In this document: one piece after another, positions 30,720-39,971 of the stretch
Position numbering within the stretch: the stretch's first letter is position 1
Layout of the letters: every line of letters begins with the position of its first letter
IMG/VR virus record: IMGVR_UViG_2718218131_000005
DNA: 39,971 nt
Strand: one strand, 5' to 3'
Source: a virus
Taxonomy: Duplodnaviria > Heunggongvirae > Uroviricota > Caudoviricetes
Notes under the pieces: generated by a model
What the model saw: only the letters and a program-made list of their open reading frames with translations
Told to the model about the DNA's origin: nothing
The model's database searches: none
Position numbers and translations under genes: made by a program

Positions 30720-33700
30720 ATGGGTAAAGGCAGCAGTAAGGGGCATACCCCGCGCGAAGCGAAAGATAACCTGAAATCCACGCAGCTGTTGAGTGCGATT
30801 GATGCCATCAGCGAAGGGCCGATTGAAGGTCCGGTGGACGGATTAAAAAGCGTGCTGCTGAACAGTACGCCGGTGCTGGACAGTGAGGGGAATACCAATA
30901 TATCCGGTGTCACGGTGGTGTTCCGGGCAGGTGAGCAGGAGCAGACACCGCCGGAGGGATTTGAATCCTCCGGCTCCGAGACGGTGCTGGGTACGGAAGT
31001 GAAATATGACACGCCGATCACCCGGACCATCACGTCGGCAAACATCGACCGTCTGCGCTTTACCTTCGGTGTGCAGGCACTGGTGGAAACCACCTCAAAG
31101 GGGGACCGGAATCCGTCGGAAGTCCGCCTGCTGGTTCAGATACAGCGTAACGGTGGCTGGGTGACGGAAAAAGACATCACCATTAAGGGCAAAACCACCT
31201 CGCAGTATCTGGCCTCGGTGGTGGTGGATAACCTGCCGCCGCGCCCGTTTAATATCCGGATGCGCAGGATGACGCCGGACAGCACCACAGACCAGCTGCA
31301 GAACAAAACGCTCTGGTCGTCATACACCGAAATCATCGATGTGAAACAGGGCTACCCGAACACGGCACTGGTCGGCGTGCAGGTGGACTCGGAGCAGTTC
31401 GGCAGCCAGCAGGTGAGCCGTAATTATCATCTGCGCGGGCGTATTCTGCAGGTGCCGTCGAACTATAACCCGCAGACGCGGCAATACAGCGGTATCTGGG
31501 ACGGAACGTTTAAGCCAGCATACAGCAACAACATGGCCTGGTGTCTGTGGGATATGCTGACCCATCCGCGCTACGGCATGGGGAAACGTCTTGGTGCGGC
31601 GGATGTGGACAAATGGGCGCTGTATGTCATCGGCCAGCATTGCGATCAGTCGGTGCCGGACGGTTTTGGCGGCACGGAGCCGCGCATCACCTGTAATGCG
31701 TACCTGACCACACAGCGCAAGGCGTGGGATGTGCTCAGTGATTTCTGCTCTGCGATGCGCTGTATGCCGGTATGGAACGGGCAGACGCTGACGTTCGTGC
31801 AGGACCGACCGTCGGATAAGGTGTGGACCTATAACCGCAGTAATGTGGTGATGCCGGATGATGGTGCGCCGTTCCGCTACAGCTTCAGCGCCCTGAAGGA
31901 CCGCCATAATGCCGTTGAGGTGAACTGGATTGACCCGAATAACGGCTGGGAGACGGCGACAGAGCTTGTTGAAGATACGCAGGCCATTCTCCGTTACGGT
32001 CGTAACGTCACGAAAATGGATGCTTTTGGCTGTACCAGCCGGGGGCAGGCACACCGCGCCGGGCTGTGGCTGATTAAAACAGAACTGCTGGAAACGCAGA
32101 CTGTGGACTTCAGCGTGGGCGCAGAAGGGCTTCGCCATGTGCCGGGCGATGTCATTGAAATCTGTGATGATGACTATGCGGGTATCAGCATCGGCGGGCG
32201 CGTGCTGGCGGTAAACAGCCAGACCCGGACGCTGACGCTCGACCGTGAAATCACGCTGCCATCCTCCGGTACCACGCTGATAAGCCTGGTTGACGGAAGT
32301 GGCAATCCGGTCAGCGTGGAGGTTCAGTCCGTCACCGACGGCGTGAAGGTGAAAGTGAGCCGTGTTCCTGACGGTGTTGCTGAATACAGCGTGTGGGGGC
32401 TGAAGCTGCCGACGCTGCGCCAGCGCCTGTTCCGCTGCGTGAGTATCCGTGAGAACGACGACGGCATGTATGCCATCACCGCCGTGCAGCATGTACCGGA
32501 AAAAGAAGCCATCGTGGATAACGGGGCGCACTTTGACGGTGACCAGAGCGGCACGGTGAATGGTGTCACGCCGCCAGCGGTGCAGCACCTGACCGCCGAA
32601 GTCACCGCAGACAGCGGGGAATATCAGGTGCTGGCGCGCTGGGACACGCCGAAGGTGGTGAAGGGTGTGAGCTTCCTGCTCCGTCTGACCGTAACAGCGG
32701 ATGACGGCAGTGAGCGGCTGGTCAGCACGGCCCGGACGACGGAAACCACATACCGCTTCAGGCAGCTGGCGCTGGGGCGTTACATGCTGACGGTCCGGGC
32801 GGTAAATGCGTGGGGACAGCAGGGCGATCCGACGTCGGTATCGTTCCGGATTGCCGCCCCGGCAGCGCCGTCGCGGATTGAGCTGACGCCGGGCTATTTT
32901 CAGATAACTGCCACGCCGCATCTTGCGGTTTATGATCCGACGGTACAGTTTGAGTTCTGGTTCTCGGAAACGCGGATTGCGGATATCAGGCAGGTTGAAA
33001 CCACAGCCCGCTATCTTGGTACGGCGCTGTACTGGATAGCCGCCAGTATCAATATTAAGCCGGGCCATGATTATTATTTTTACGTTCGCAGTGTGAACAC
33101 AGTCGGCAAATCGGCATTCGTGGAGGCTGTCGGTCGGGCGAGCGATGATGCGGAAGGTTACCTGGATTTTTTCAAAGGAGAAATCGGGAAAACACATCTG
33201 GCCCAGGAGCTGTGGACGCAGATTGATAACGGTCAGCTTGCGCCTGACCTGGCTGAAATCAGGACGTCCATTACGAATGTCAGCAATGAAATCACGCAGA
33301 CCGTCAATAAAAAACTGGAAAATCAGAGCGCGGCAATCCAGCAGATACAGAAAGTTCAGGTTGATACAAATAATAACCTGAACAGCATGTGGGCCGTGAA
33401 ACTGCAGCAGATGAAGGACGGACGCCTTTATATTGCGGGTATCGGAGCCGGTATTGAGAATACGCCAGCAGGTATGCAGAGTCAGGTGCTTCTGGCTGCT
33501 GATCGGATTGCGATGATTAATCCTGCGAATGGCAACACAAAGCCGATGTTTGTTGGTCAGGGCGATCAGATATTCATGAACGACGTGTTCCTGAAACGCC
33601 TGACGGCTCCGACCATTACCAGCGGCGGTAATCCTCCTGCATTTTCCATGACACCGGACGGAAAGCTGACCGCTAAAAATGCAGATATCAGTGGCAGTGT

Positions 33701-34199
33701 GAATGCGAACGCCGGGACGCTCAACAACGTTACGATAAATGAGAACTGTCAGATTAAAGGGAAACTGTCAGCCAACCAGATTGAAGGCGATATTGTCAAA
33801 ACAGTGGGTAAGGCTTTCCCGCGGGACTCCCGGGCACCGGAGCGGTGGCCATCAGGGACCATTACCGTCAGGATTTATGACGATCAGCCGTTTGACCGGC
33901 AGATTGTTATTCCGGCGGTGGCATTCAGCGGTGCTAAACATGAGAGAGAGCATACTGATATTTACTCCTCATGCCGCCTGATAGTGAAGAAAAATGGTGC
34001 TGAAATTTATAACCGTACCGCGCTGGATAATACGCTGATTTACAGTGGTGTTATTGATATGCCAGCTGGTCACGGCCACATGACGCTGGAGTTTTCGGTG
34101 TCAGCATGGCTGGTAAATGACTGGTATCCCACAGCAAGTATCAGCGATTTGCTGGTTGTGGTGATGAAGAAAGCCACCGCAGGCATCAGTATCAGCTGA
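30720..34199 (+). CDS. J: Central tail fibre / host specificity protein J
   Basis: 1159 aa, lambda gpJ-like throughout, including fibronectin-type repeats and a C-terminal receptor-binding region. Confidence 0.95.
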   Translation: MGKGSSKGHTPREAKDNLKSTQLLSAIDAISEGPIEGPVDGLKSVLLNSTPVLDSEGNTNISGVTVVFRAGEQEQTPPEGFESSGSETVLGTEVKYDTPITRTITSANIDRLRFTFGVQALVETTSKGDRNPSEVRLLVQIQRNGGWVTEKDITIKGKTTSQYLASVVVDNLPPRPFNIRMRRMTPDSTTDQLQNKTLWSSYTEIIDVKQGYPNTALVGVQVDSEQFGSQQVSRNYHLRGRILQVPSNYNPQTRQYSGIWDGTFKPAYSNNMAWCLWDMLTHPRYGMGKRLGAADVDKWALYVIGQHCDQSVPDGFGGTEPRITCNAYLTTQRKAWDVLSDFCSAMRCMPVWNGQTLTFVQDRPSDKVWTYNRSNVVMPDDGAPFRYSFSALKDRHNAVEVNWIDPNNGWETATELVEDTQAILRYGRNVTKMDAFGCTSRGQAHRAGLWLIKTELLETQTVDFSVGAEGLRHVPGDVIEICDDDYAGISIGGRVLAVNSQTRTLTLDREITLPSSGTTLISLVDGSGNPVSVEVQSVTDGVKVKVSRVPDGVAEYSVWGLKLPTLRQRLFRCVSIRENDDGMYAITAVQHVPEKEAIVDNGAHFDGDQSGTVNGVTPPAVQHLTAEVTADSGEYQVLARWDTPKVVKGVSFLLRLTVTADDGSERLVSTARTTETTYRFRQLALGRYMLTVRAVNAWGQQGDPTSVSFRIAAPAAPSRIELTPGYFQITATPHLAVYDPTVQFEFWFSETRIADIRQVETTARYLGTALYWIAASINIKPGHDYYFYVRSVNTVGKSAFVEAVGRASDDAEGYLDFFKGEIGKTHLAQELWTQIDNGQLAPDLAEIRTSITNVSNEITQTVNKKLENQSAAIQQIQKVQVDTNNNLNSMWAVKLQQMKDGRLYIAGIGAGIENTPAGMQSQVLLAADRIAMINPANGNTKPMFVGQGDQIFMNDVFLKRLTAPTITSGGNPPAFSMTPDGKLTAKNADISGSVNANAGTLNNVTINENCQIKGKLSANQIEGDIVKTVGKAFPRDSRAPERWPSGTITVRIYDDQPFDRQIVIPAVAFSGAKHEREHTDIYSSCRLIVKKNGAEIYNRTALDNTLIYSGVIDMPAGHGHMTLEFSVSAWLVNDWYPTASISDLLVVVMKKATAGISIS

Positions 34200-34217
34200 A
34201 TTTTATAACCCATATAC

Positions 34218-34243
34218 GGGCGCCAGAAATGGCGCCTTTTTTA
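34218..34243 (+). terminator. Rho-independent terminator after J
   Basis: GGGCGCC-AGAAAT-GGCGCC followed by TTTTTTATT. Confidence 0.7.
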
Positions 34244-34266
34244 TTGCAGAAAAGCGAGAGGTAATT

Positions 34267-34866
34267 ATGCGTAAAGTTTGTGCAGCCATTTTGTCCGCAG
34301 CCATCTGTCTGGCCATATCCGGTGCGCCTGCATGGGCGTCTGAGCAGCAGGCCACACTGAGCGCAGGGTATCTTCATGCCCGTACGAACGCTCCCGGCAG
34401 CGAAAATCTGAACGGGATTAACGTGAAATACCGTTATGAGTTTACGGACACGCTGGGGCTGATTACGTCATTCAGTTATGCCAACGCTGAAGATGAGCAA
34501 AAAACGCATTACAGCGATACCCGCTGGCATGAGGATTCCGTGCGTAATCGCTGGTTCAGCGTGATGGCGGGGCCGTCTGTGCGCGTGAATGAATGGTTCA
34601 GCGCGTATGCGATGGCGGGTATGGCTTACAGCCGTGTGTCGACTTTCTCCGGGGATTATATCCGCGTAACTGACAACAAGGGGAAAACGCACGATGTGCT
34701 GACCGGAAGTGATGACGGTCGCCACAGCAACACGTCTCTGGCGTGGGGAGCTGGCGTGCAGTTTAACCCGACCGAATCCGTGGCCGTTGACGTCGCTTAT
34801 GAAGGCTCCGGCAGCGGTGACTGGCGTACCAACAGTTTCATCGTTGGTGTCGGTTATAAATTCTGA
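34267..34866 (+). CDS. lom: Lom outer membrane protein (Ail/Lom/PagC family beta-barrel)
   Basis: 199 aa with signal peptide and C-terminal …GVGYKF beta-barrel signature; lambda Lom-like. Confidence 0.95.
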   Translation: MRKVCAAILSAAICLAISGAPAWASEQQATLSAGYLHARTNAPGSENLNGINVKYRYEFTDTLGLITSFSYANAEDEQKTHYSDTRWHEDSVRNRWFSVMAGPSVRVNEWFSAYAMAGMAYSRVSTFSGDYIRVTDNKGKTHDVLTGSDDGRHSNTSLAWGAGVQFNPTESVAVDVAYEGSGSGDWRTNSFIVGVGYKF

Positions 34867-34892
34867 TTAGCCAGGTAACACAGTGTTATGAC

Positions 34893-34919
34893 AGCCCGCC
34901 GGTTCAGGCGGGCTTTTTT
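34893..34919 (+). terminator. Rho-independent terminator after lom
   Basis: AGCCCGCC-GGTTCA-GGCGGGCT followed by TTTTTTG. Confidence 0.7.
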
Positions 34920-34930
34920 GTGGGGGGAAT

Positions 34931-37900
34931 ATGGCAGTACGGATTTCAGGTGTACTGAAAGATGGCGCAGGTAAGCCGATACAAAACTGCACCATTCAGC
35001 TAAAGGCCAGGCGCAACAGCACCACGGTGGTGGTGAACACAGTGGCCTCAGAAAACCCGGATGAAGCCGGGCGTTACACAATGGACGTCGAGTATGGTCA
35101 GTACAGCGTCAGTCTGTTGGTGGAGGGATTCCCGCCGTCACACGCCGGGATTATCACCGTATATGAGGACTCAAAGCCGGGCACACTGAATGATTTCCTC
35201 GGTGCAATGACGGAGGATGATGTCCGGCCAGAGGCACTGCGCCGTTTTGAACTGATGGTGGAAGAGGTGGCGCGTAACGCGTCCGCAGTGGCACAGAACA
35301 CGGCAGCCGCGAAGAAGTCAGCCAGTGATGCCAGCACATCTGCCCGTGAGGCGGCAACCCATGCGACTGATGCTGCAGGCTCAGCACGCGCAGCCAGCAC
35401 GTCAGCCGGACAGGCCGCGTCGTCGGCTCAGTCAGCGTCTTCCAGCGCAGGAACGGCATCAGCAAAGGCCACTGAAGCATCAAAAAGTGCTGCCGCTGCA
35501 GAGTCCTCAAAAAGCGCGGCGGCCACCAGTGCCGCTGCGGCAAAAACGTCAGAAACGAATGCGGCAGCGTCACAACAATCAGCAGCCACTTCAGCATCCA
35601 CCGCGACCACGAAAGCGTCAGAAGCTGCCACCTCAGCCCGGGATGCGTCGGCTTCAAAAGAGGCGGCAAAATCATCAGAAACGAGCGCAGCCTCGAGCGC
35701 CAGCAGCGCAGCTTCCTCGGCAACGGCGACAGCAAATTCTGCGAAGGCGGCAAAAACGTCCGAGACGAACGCCAAGGCTTCTGAAACGGCAGCGGGACAG
35801 AGTGCCTCAGCTGCGGCAGGCTCAAAAACAGCGGCTGCGTCGTCTGCCAGTGCCGCGTCAACAAGTGCCGGGCAGGCCTCAGCCAGTGCCACCGCCGCCG
35901 GAAAATCGGCAGAAAGTGCTGCATCGTCCGCTTCAACAGCCACAACGAAGGCTGGCGAAGCCGCTGTACAGGCCAGCGCAGCAGCGAGGTCTGCTTCCGC
36001 AGCGAAGACATCCGAAACGAATGCGAAAGCGTCGGAAACCCGTGCAGAATCCTCAAAAACGGCAGCCGCATCGTCCGCCAGTTCGGCAGCGTCATCGGCA
36101 TCATCTGCGTCTGCTTCAAAAGATGAGGCGACCAGACAGGCGTCAGCAGCGAAGGGCAGCGCCACGACGGCATCCACGAAAGCAACAGAGGCGGCAGGCA
36201 GTGCGACGGCAGCATCTCAGAGCAAAACTGCTGCTGAATCCGCTGCGACCCGTGCGGAAGCTGCTGCTGATCGTGCTGAAGAGATTGCCGGTGCAGTTGC
36301 GATGGAAGACGCAAGCCTTACAACTAAAGGTGTTGTGAAACTTAGCAGTGCTGTTGATAGCACCAGTGAATCGCTGGCCGCAACGCCAAAAGCAGTTAAA
36401 GCAGCCAATGACAATGCGAATAGCAGGGTGCCATCTAACCGAAAAGTTAACGGAAAAGCACTGACTGCGGATATAACATTAACGCCGAAAGATATTGGTA
36501 CTTTAAATTCAGTAACGATGTCTTTCTCTGGCGGGGCTGGGTGGTTCAAACTGGCTACGGTTACCATGCCACAAGCGAGTTCCATCGTTTACATCGCATT
36601 GATTGGTGGCGCTGGTTACAACGTCGGTTCCCCACATCAGGCAGGCATTTCAGAACTGGTTCTACGAGCAGGCAATGGAAACCCCAAAGGAATTACCGGG
36701 GCTTTGTGGAAGCGTACAGCCGTCGGATTAACGAATTTCGCCTGGATCAACACATCCGGCGATACATATGATATTTACGTTGAGATTGGCAATTATGCGA
36801 CTCGTGTAAATATCCATTGGGATTGTACTGCAAATGCGACAGTTTCTATTTATACATCGCCAACATATTCAGCGAGTAAGCCTTCCAGCGTTACCGATGG
36901 TGTTGTTTATACGATGTATAGCACACATCAGAAACCGACGCCGTTAGATATTGGAGCACTGCCAACAACCGGAGGAACAGTTTCAGGTCCGTTGTCTGTT
37001 ACAGGTGGATTAACTGGTTCATTGAATGGTAATGCAAGTACAGCCACGAAATTGCAGACGGCAAGATCTATCGGTGGAGTTGTTTTCGACGGTTCTGCAA
37101 ATATTAACCTTCCAGGTGTAAACACTACGGGTAATCAGAACACCACTGGTAATGCTGCAACTGCTACAAAACTTCAGACTGCAAGAAAAATATCCGGTGT
37201 TCCATTTGATGGTTCTACTGATATCACTTTAACCGCCGCGCATGTGGCTGCTTTTGCCAGAAGAGCAACGGATGCGTATGCCGATGCGGATGGGGGCGTT
37301 CCATGGAATGCCGAATCAGGCGCTTACAATGTCACCCGCTCTGGCGACAGCTATATTCTGGTTAACTTCTATACCGGAGTCGGAAGTTGCCGGACCTTGC
37401 AGATGAAGGCGCATTACAGAAATGGTGGTCTGTTCTACCGTTCTTCAAGAGACGGTTATGGTTTTGAAAGTGGTTGGGCGCAGCTTTACACCTCGGCTCA
37501 TCCTCCTGCAGAGTTTTATCCAGTCGGTGCACCAATCCCGTGGCCATCAGATACCGTTCCGTCTGGTTATGCCCTGATGCAGGGGCAGACTTTTGACAAA
37601 TCTGCCTACCCAAAACTTGCAGCCGCTTATCCGTCAGGCGTGATCCCTGATATGCGTGGCTGGACGATTAAGGGCAAACCTGCCAGTGGTCGAGCCGTAT
37701 TATCTCAGGAACAGGACGGCATTAAATCGCACACCCACAGCGCCAGCGCATCCAGTACGGATTTGGGGACGAAAAACACATCGTCGTTTGATTACGGCAC
37801 TAAATCCACGAATAACACCGGGGCGCATACCCATAGTGTTAGCGGTACGGCTGCTTCAGCCGGTGCACATACCCATTCGATGACATTTGTTTCAGGTGGT

Positions 37901-38158
37901 TCCAGTGGTGCTCCGGGAAGTGGAGCATCTGATTATTCTAAATACAGTGTTAACACTTCTTCTGCAGGCGCTCATACGCACTCTGTATCGGGTACTGCTG
38001 CAAGCGCAGGTGCACACGCACATACTGTGGGTATTGGTGCTCATACGCACTCGGTTGCGATTGGCTCACATGGACACACCATCACCGTTAACGCTGCTGG
38101 TAACGCGGAAAACACCGTCAAAAACATCGCATTTAACTATATTGTGAGGCTTGCATAA
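34931..38158 (+). CDS. stf: Side tail fibre protein (Stf), Rac StfR-like, with a long Ala/Ser/Thr-rich repetitive shaft
   Basis: 1075 aa; N-terminus [37 protein letters not shown] and C-terminus …[24 protein letters not shown] match K-12 StfR as recalled; His-rich GAHTHS repeats near the C-terminus. Confidence 0.9.
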   Translation: MAVRISGVLKDGAGKPIQNCTIQLKARRNSTTVVVNTVASENPDEAGRYTMDVEYGQYSVSLLVEGFPPSHAGIITVYEDSKPGTLNDFLGAMTEDDVRPEALRRFELMVEEVARNASAVAQNTAAAKKSASDASTSAREAATHATDAAGSARAASTSAGQAASSAQSASSSAGTASAKATEASKSAAAAESSKSAAATSAAAAKTSETNAAASQQSAATSASTATTKASEAATSARDASASKEAAKSSETSAASSASSAASSATATANSAKAAKTSETNAKASETAAGQSASAAAGSKTAAASSASAASTSAGQASASATAAGKSAESAASSASTATTKAGEAAVQASAAARSASAAKTSETNAKASETRAESSKTAAASSASSAASSASSASASKDEATRQASAAKGSATTASTKATEAAGSATAASQSKTAAESAATRAEAAADRAEEIAGAVAMEDASLTTKGVVKLSSAVDSTSESLAATPKAVKAANDNANSRVPSNRKVNGKALTADITLTPKDIGTLNSVTMSFSGGAGWFKLATVTMPQASSIVYIALIGGAGYNVGSPHQAGISELVLRAGNGNPKGITGALWKRTAVGLTNFAWINTSGDTYDIYVEIGNYATRVNIHWDCTANATVSIYTSPTYSASKPSSVTDGVVYTMYSTHQKPTPLDIGALPTTGGTVSGPLSVTGGLTGSLNGNASTATKLQTARSIGGVVFDGSANINLPGVNTTGNQNTTGNAATATKLQTARKISGVPFDGSTDITLTAAHVAAFARRATDAYADADGGVPWNAESGAYNVTRSGDSYILVNFYTGVGSCRTLQMKAHYRNGGLFYRSSRDGYGFESGWAQLYTSAHPPAEFYPVGAPIPWPSDTVPSGYALMQGQTFDKSAYPKLAAAYPSGVIPDMRGWTIKGKPASGRAVLSQEQDGIKSHTHSASASSTDLGTKNTSSFDYGTKSTNNTGAHTHSVSGTAASAGAHTHSMTFVSGGSSGAPGSGASDYSKYSVNTSSAGAHTHSVSGTAASAGAHAHTVGIGAHTHSVAIGSHGHTITVNAAGNAENTVKNIAFNYIVRLA
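35280..36300 (+). repeat. Degenerate in-frame tandem repeats encoding the Ala/Ser/Thr-rich Stf shaft
   Basis: Recurring DNA and peptide units ([41 protein letters not shown]); the low-complexity GC-rich sequence generates long spurious ORFs on both strands. Confidence 0.8.
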
Positions 38159-38733
38159 TGGTATTCAGAATGAGTGAACAACCACGGACCATAACAATTT
38201 ATAATCTGCTGGCCGGAACTAATGAATTTATTGGTGAAGGTGATGCATATATTCCGCCTCATACAGGTCTGCCAGCAAACAGTACCGATATTGCACCGCC
38301 AGATATTCCGGCAGGCTTCGTGGCTGTTTTCAACAGTGATGAGGCATCGTGGCATCTCGTTGAAGATCATCGGGGTAAAACGGTTTATGACGTGGCTTCC
38401 GGCGACGCGTTATTTATTTCTGAACTCGGTCCGTTACCGGAAAATGTTACCTGGTTATCGCCGGAAGGGGAGTTTCAGAAGTGGAACGGCACAGCCTGGG
38501 TGAAGGATACGGAAGCAGAAAAACTGTTCCGGATCCGGGAGGCGGAAGAAACAAAAAACAACCTGATGCAGGTAGCCAGTGAGCATATTGCGCCGCTTCA
38601 GGATGCTGCAGATCTGGAAATTGCAACGGAGGAAGAAATCTCGTTGCTGGAAGCATGGAAAAAGTATCGGGTATTGCTGAACCGTGTTGATACGTCAACT
38701 TCACAGGATATTGAATGGCCAGCACTGCCGTAG
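38158..38733 (+). CDS. tfa: Tail fibre assembly protein (Tfa)
   Basis: 191 aa; start overlaps the stf stop (TAATG); typical Tfa family features. Confidence 0.9.
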   Translation: MVFRMSEQPRTITIYNLLAGTNEFIGEGDAYIPPHTGLPANSTDIAPPDIPAGFVAVFNSDEASWHLVEDHRGKTVYDVASGDALFISELGPLPENVTWLSPEGEFQKWNGTAWVKDTEAEKLFRIREAEETKNNLMQVASEHIAPLQDAADLEIATEEEISLLEAWKKYRVLLNRVDTSTSQDIEWPALP

Positions 38734-38830
38734 GGTAAAACATATAAATTCTATAATTAGATGTATCTTTCCATTTACGGCAAGGAAGGGGGCTTGGAAG
38801 ACGTAAAGCATCTCACACCGAGATTATTTT

Positions 38831-39421
38831 TTATATGTCAGGTGTCTGAAGTTTTGCTTTGGCTCTTAAAATGGTTTGCCGCGAGGTTTTGAATTCCCGG
38901 GCAATGGCACTTATACTTACACCTGACTTAATTCGTTCGAATACCACCTGTTTCTGTTCTTCATTTAACACAGGTGGTCGACCAAAACGTTTCCCTGCGC
39001 CGCGGGCTCTTACTATCCCGGAATGAGTGCGTTCAAGTAAAAGGTCTCGTTCAAATTCAGCGACTGCTGAAATTACTTGCATCATCATTTTTCCTGTTGG
39101 ACTGGTCAGGTCAATGCCCCCCAATGCTAAGCAATGCACTCTGATACCTGTTTCGGTCAGTTGTTCCACTGTTTTCCTGATATCCATTGCATTACAACCA
39201 AGGCGATCCAGTTTTGTCACAATCAATTGATCACCACATTTCAGGCGAGCAAGCAACCGGTTAAAACCAGGACGCTCACTGGTTGCTGCTGAGCCACTAA
39301 TGTGTTCTTCGATTATTTGCTGAGGTTTGATTTTAAAACCTGCACTTTCGATTTCCCGGCGTTGATTTTCGGTGGTCTGATCCAGCGTTGATATCCGACA
39401 GTAAGCAAAAATTTGAGACAT
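38831..39421 (-). CDS. pin: Serine recombinase, Pin-type DNA invertase (PinR/PinQ-like)
   Basis: 196 aa [29 protein letters not shown]… with the catalytic Ser in the RIST motif and a C-terminal helix-turn-helix; convergent with the tail fibre genes. Confidence 0.9.
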   Translation of the reverse strand: MSQIFAYCRISTLDQTTENQRREIESAGFKIKPQQIIEEHISGSAATSERPGFNRLLARLKCGDQLIVTKLDRLGCNAMDIRKTVEQLTETGIRVHCLALGGIDLTSPTGKMMMQVISAVAEFERDLLLERTHSGIVRARGAGKRFGRPPVLNEEQKQVVFERIKSGVSISAIAREFKTSRQTILRAKAKLQTPDI

Positions 39422-39737
39422 AGTGAGACTCTATACGAAATTGGTGTTCATATCATAATGCATCTCAGAAAATAATTATGATTATTTTTGTGCATATTTG
39501 TATGTACACGTTCGAAAATAAACGAATGCGTATGCAACCCCGTAATTTTGGTGAGACCCAAAATCGATTTTGTGAAAAATGGCTTTAACTCGGTTTGTTT
39601 TTCGAGTTCCGGGCGGACTCAAGGAAGAAGAATAGTGTTGCGTGTTATTTTAACCAGATTTCAAGTTGTTTGGTCGTGGAAAAGTGGAGCAAAATGTTGT
39701 TAAAGTGGAAAAATGATAAAAAAGTAAGTTTATTATA

Positions 39738-39971
39738 TTACATTTTACCATTTAAATTTTGGTTGTCTTTAAGAACTGATATCGCTGTTTGTAATAATTC
39801 TTTGTTATCCAGCCATGATTTTTTCTTTATGTTTCCTTCAATGTAATCAAGCAATGTTCTGGTATTGATAGGTCTTCCCTGTTTTGCTACTTCCACTACA
39901 GCATCCCCTAGGATAATTCTTACTTCAGGAAGCTGCGCAGGGAACCACTTTAGGGTGTCTTTTGATTTCAT
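39738..39971 (-). CDS. ydfK: YdfK/YnaE-like prophage protein (cold-shock-induced in K-12)
   Basis: 77 aa MKSKDTLKWFPAQLPEVRIILGDAVVEVAKQGRPINTRTLLDYIEGNIKK…; start codon lies on the last three bases of the window. Confidence 0.75.
   Translation of the reverse strand: MKSKDTLKWFPAQLPEVRIILGDAVVEVAKQGRPINTRTLLDYIEGNIKKKSWLDNKELLQTAISVLKDNQNLNGKM

Noticed and set aside
31320-33197. 625 aa ORF antisense to gene J
   Set aside because: Arg/His/Pro-rich translation typical of the reverse strand of a GC-rich gene; J homology in the + frame is continuous over the whole interval.
35280-36300. Possible CRISPR-like array suggested by repetitive sequence
   Set aside because: The repeats are degenerate, in-frame and protein-coding, with no conserved direct repeat/unique spacer architecture.
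35154-36338. Three long ORFs (386 aa and 249 aa on -, 337 aa on +) overlapping the stf gene
   Set aside because: They lie entirely in the GC-rich Ala/Ser/Thr repeat; their translations are Pro/Arg/Gln- or Ala-rich low-complexity strings with no start context. The + strand stf frame has clear homology at both ends.
39488-39846. Two short ORFs (71 and 83 aa) between pin and the ydfK-like gene
   Set aside because: Very AT-rich, no start context, and one overlaps the ydfK-like gene on the opposite strand; region is more likely promoter/intergenic DNA.

Overview
This window reads as a nearly complete late region of a mosaic lambdoid prophage of the E. coli/Shigella Qin/Rac type, running early-to-late from left to right on the + strand, with three insertion sequences. 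Order: a partial IS1 at the left edge that truncates a flxA-like gene; ydfV-like ORF; the relB-relE-hokD toxin-antitoxin cluster; nin-region genes including a ybcO-like nuclease gene split by an IS100-like element that itself carries a nested IS629-like element; a Q-like antiterminator; an AT-rich island with two tandem lipoproteins carrying a TolA C-terminal-domain-like fold; a phage-21-type lysis cassette (pinholin, SAR endolysin, Rz with embedded Rz1); trkG; a ParB-like protein translationally coupled to a GT-A-like putative glycosyltransferase; packaging and head genes (not lambda-like); a lambda-like tail module (tape measure, M, L, K, I, J), lom, side tail fibre and assembly protein; a Pin-type invertase and ydfK/ynaE-like gene on the - strand. 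I found no rRNA, tRNA or CRISPR array. The two candidates I consider most likely to be undescribed biology are the TolA-domain lipoprotein pair between Q and the lysis genes, and the ParB-like/GT-A pair in front of the terminase. All homology calls rest on my reading of the translated ORFs and recalled reference sequences; no database search was run.
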